From the NCBI RefSeq assembly GCF_006345805.1, contig NC_042997.1:154194001-154258000 (forward strand): a stretch of DNA of 64,000 nt. The letters are read 5' to 3'. Both the position numbers and the translations under genes were made by a program. Source of the DNA: Octopus sinensis (lineage: Eukaryota). Within the stretch, counting starts at the first letter, position 1. Each line of letters begins with the position of its first letter. The notes under the pieces are model-generated. The model saw nothing but the letters and a program-made list of their open reading frames with translations. It did no database searches and was not told the origin of the DNA. Positions 62,808 through 64,000 of this stretch are shown here, piece after piece.

Positions 62808-63360
62808 ATGACTCGAAAGAGGCCCCCACGTGGAAATGAAGGCAAACATGCGGAAAGAAGTCATATAGACATTACATTGGACGTTAAACTTGATGCGGGT
62901 GTTAAACCCAGTTCTATTGCAAAAGCAGTAACGTTTTTAGTGAGAACAATATGTGACAATAAAGATACTCTTAGGCCAAGAGCTACGCTGTTAACTGCCT
63001 GGACTTCATTCTTTTCACAGATTTCATGTGATGTCTGATATGGAAGGCTTCTGAGTAAGTGAATCAACGACCCACATACGACTGGAAGTAATATGCCGAT
63101 AAACAAAATGATCATTCAAGTGAATGTTAAAAGTTTGCATAGATTTACAGAAAGCGGACGCAACTTTTCTGGCTAATAAGATCTAATTTGAAATATTTGA
63201 GAGGTCCCTTAGTGTGCACATTAAAATGACTGGTGAGGCTGTAACTGATTATCCTAAAGAGCTGAAGAAAATTATTGTTCAAGAAAGCCAAACACCTAAA
63301 CAGGTGCAAAAAGTTGATGAAACCAGATTTTGCTAAAAGTACATTCCCGCAAGTTCTTTT
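62808..63360 (+). mobile_element. Tigger/pogo transposase remnant
   Basis: CENP-B-like HTH ITLDVKLD...KPSSIAKA...RTICDNKD, and KKIIVQESQTPKQVQKVDETRF, matching the pogo EQVFNVDETGL motif. Confidence 0.75.
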
Positions 63361-63879
63361 TTTTTTTGTTAAGAAAATCAGCAGTTTTCTTTAAGACTTC
63401 CAAAAATCGCCTGCCGCTTCTTGGTGAGGGTGGGGTGGGGGATAAACTGCTGCTGATAATATGAAATTAATGTCGCTACATGTGTAACATAGCATTCAAA
63501 TAAGAAACTTGGATGGCTACGAACCTTCTCCAAGACTAGTTTACAGACTTGTTCTCCCTGTTGTACAATGGTACAGTACAAAGTGTAATATTTTCAACAA
63601 GGAACTGCTCTTTCTGACAATTCAGTAAGCCACTCGGTGAACTTAAATGATCCTTCTGATTATGTGAAAGTGGAATATAGCCACACGAACTCAGCTCATT
63701 TGGTCCAGTCAATGGATGAAGATATGACAGCTAATACAAGGTGTGTTATTTGAGAGCCTTGAAAAGACTCACGAAGGCAATTGATGGGGTTGATAAACCT
63801 AGAAGAGACTAGTGGAATGTGCTCAACGGCGTGCTGGCATTATCGTTAGAGTTTTAGAAAAAAAAACCCTTGTGATATT

Positions 63880-63995
63880 TTCTCCGATTCTTTACGTTCT
63901 AAGTTCAAACCCAGCCTGGGTCAACTTTGCCCGTCATCCTTTCGAGGTTGATCAAATAAACTGCGGCACAAGTACTGGGACCGATGTAATATTCT
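63880..63995 (+). mobile_element. tRNA-derived SINE fragment
   Basis: tttacgttctaagttcaaacccagcc...gtcaactttgcc. Confidence 0.65.
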
Positions 63996-64000
63996 AGCAT

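Noticed and set aside
62861-63115. - strand ORF superficially resembling an SLC1 transporter
   Set aside because: Antisense shadow of a Tigger/pogo transposase on the + strand.

Overview
AT-rich, microsatellite- and transposon-dense eukaryotic DNA, most likely an octopod cephalopod (inferred from the tRNA-derived SINE types and the repeat landscape). The only host gene family I recognise is an SLC38A7/A8-like amino-acid transporter, present as three paralogous pieces arranged + + -. Copy A is a last exon at 3849-4051 (+). Copy B is a decayed exon 3/4 fragment at 14268-17341 (+). Copy C is on the - strand, with intact phase-matched exons 1-4 (44305-32238), an exon 6 fused by deletion to a LINE RT fragment, and a frameshifted last exon. 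A ~2.5-4 kb inverted segmental duplication links copies A and C. Mobile elements include a near-intact tRNA-Trp-primed Ty3/Gypsy element (CHCC gag, -1 slippery site) with a non-autonomous partner, a solo LTR, R4/Dong, Tx1, RTE and R2/Hero-like LINE fragments, Tc1, mariner and Tigger DNA transposons, and several Penelope-like elements (PLEs). The most notable unannotated signal is a set of four type I hammerhead ribozyme motifs tied to PLE ends: an inverted pair with complementary defects, and two copies with the compensatory U3:A8 core, one of them inside a 318-bp insertion flanked by 47-bp direct repeats. Fold-back inversions and templated junctions recur throughout. All calls come from manual reading; repeat boundaries are approximate unless a TSD or splice site is given.
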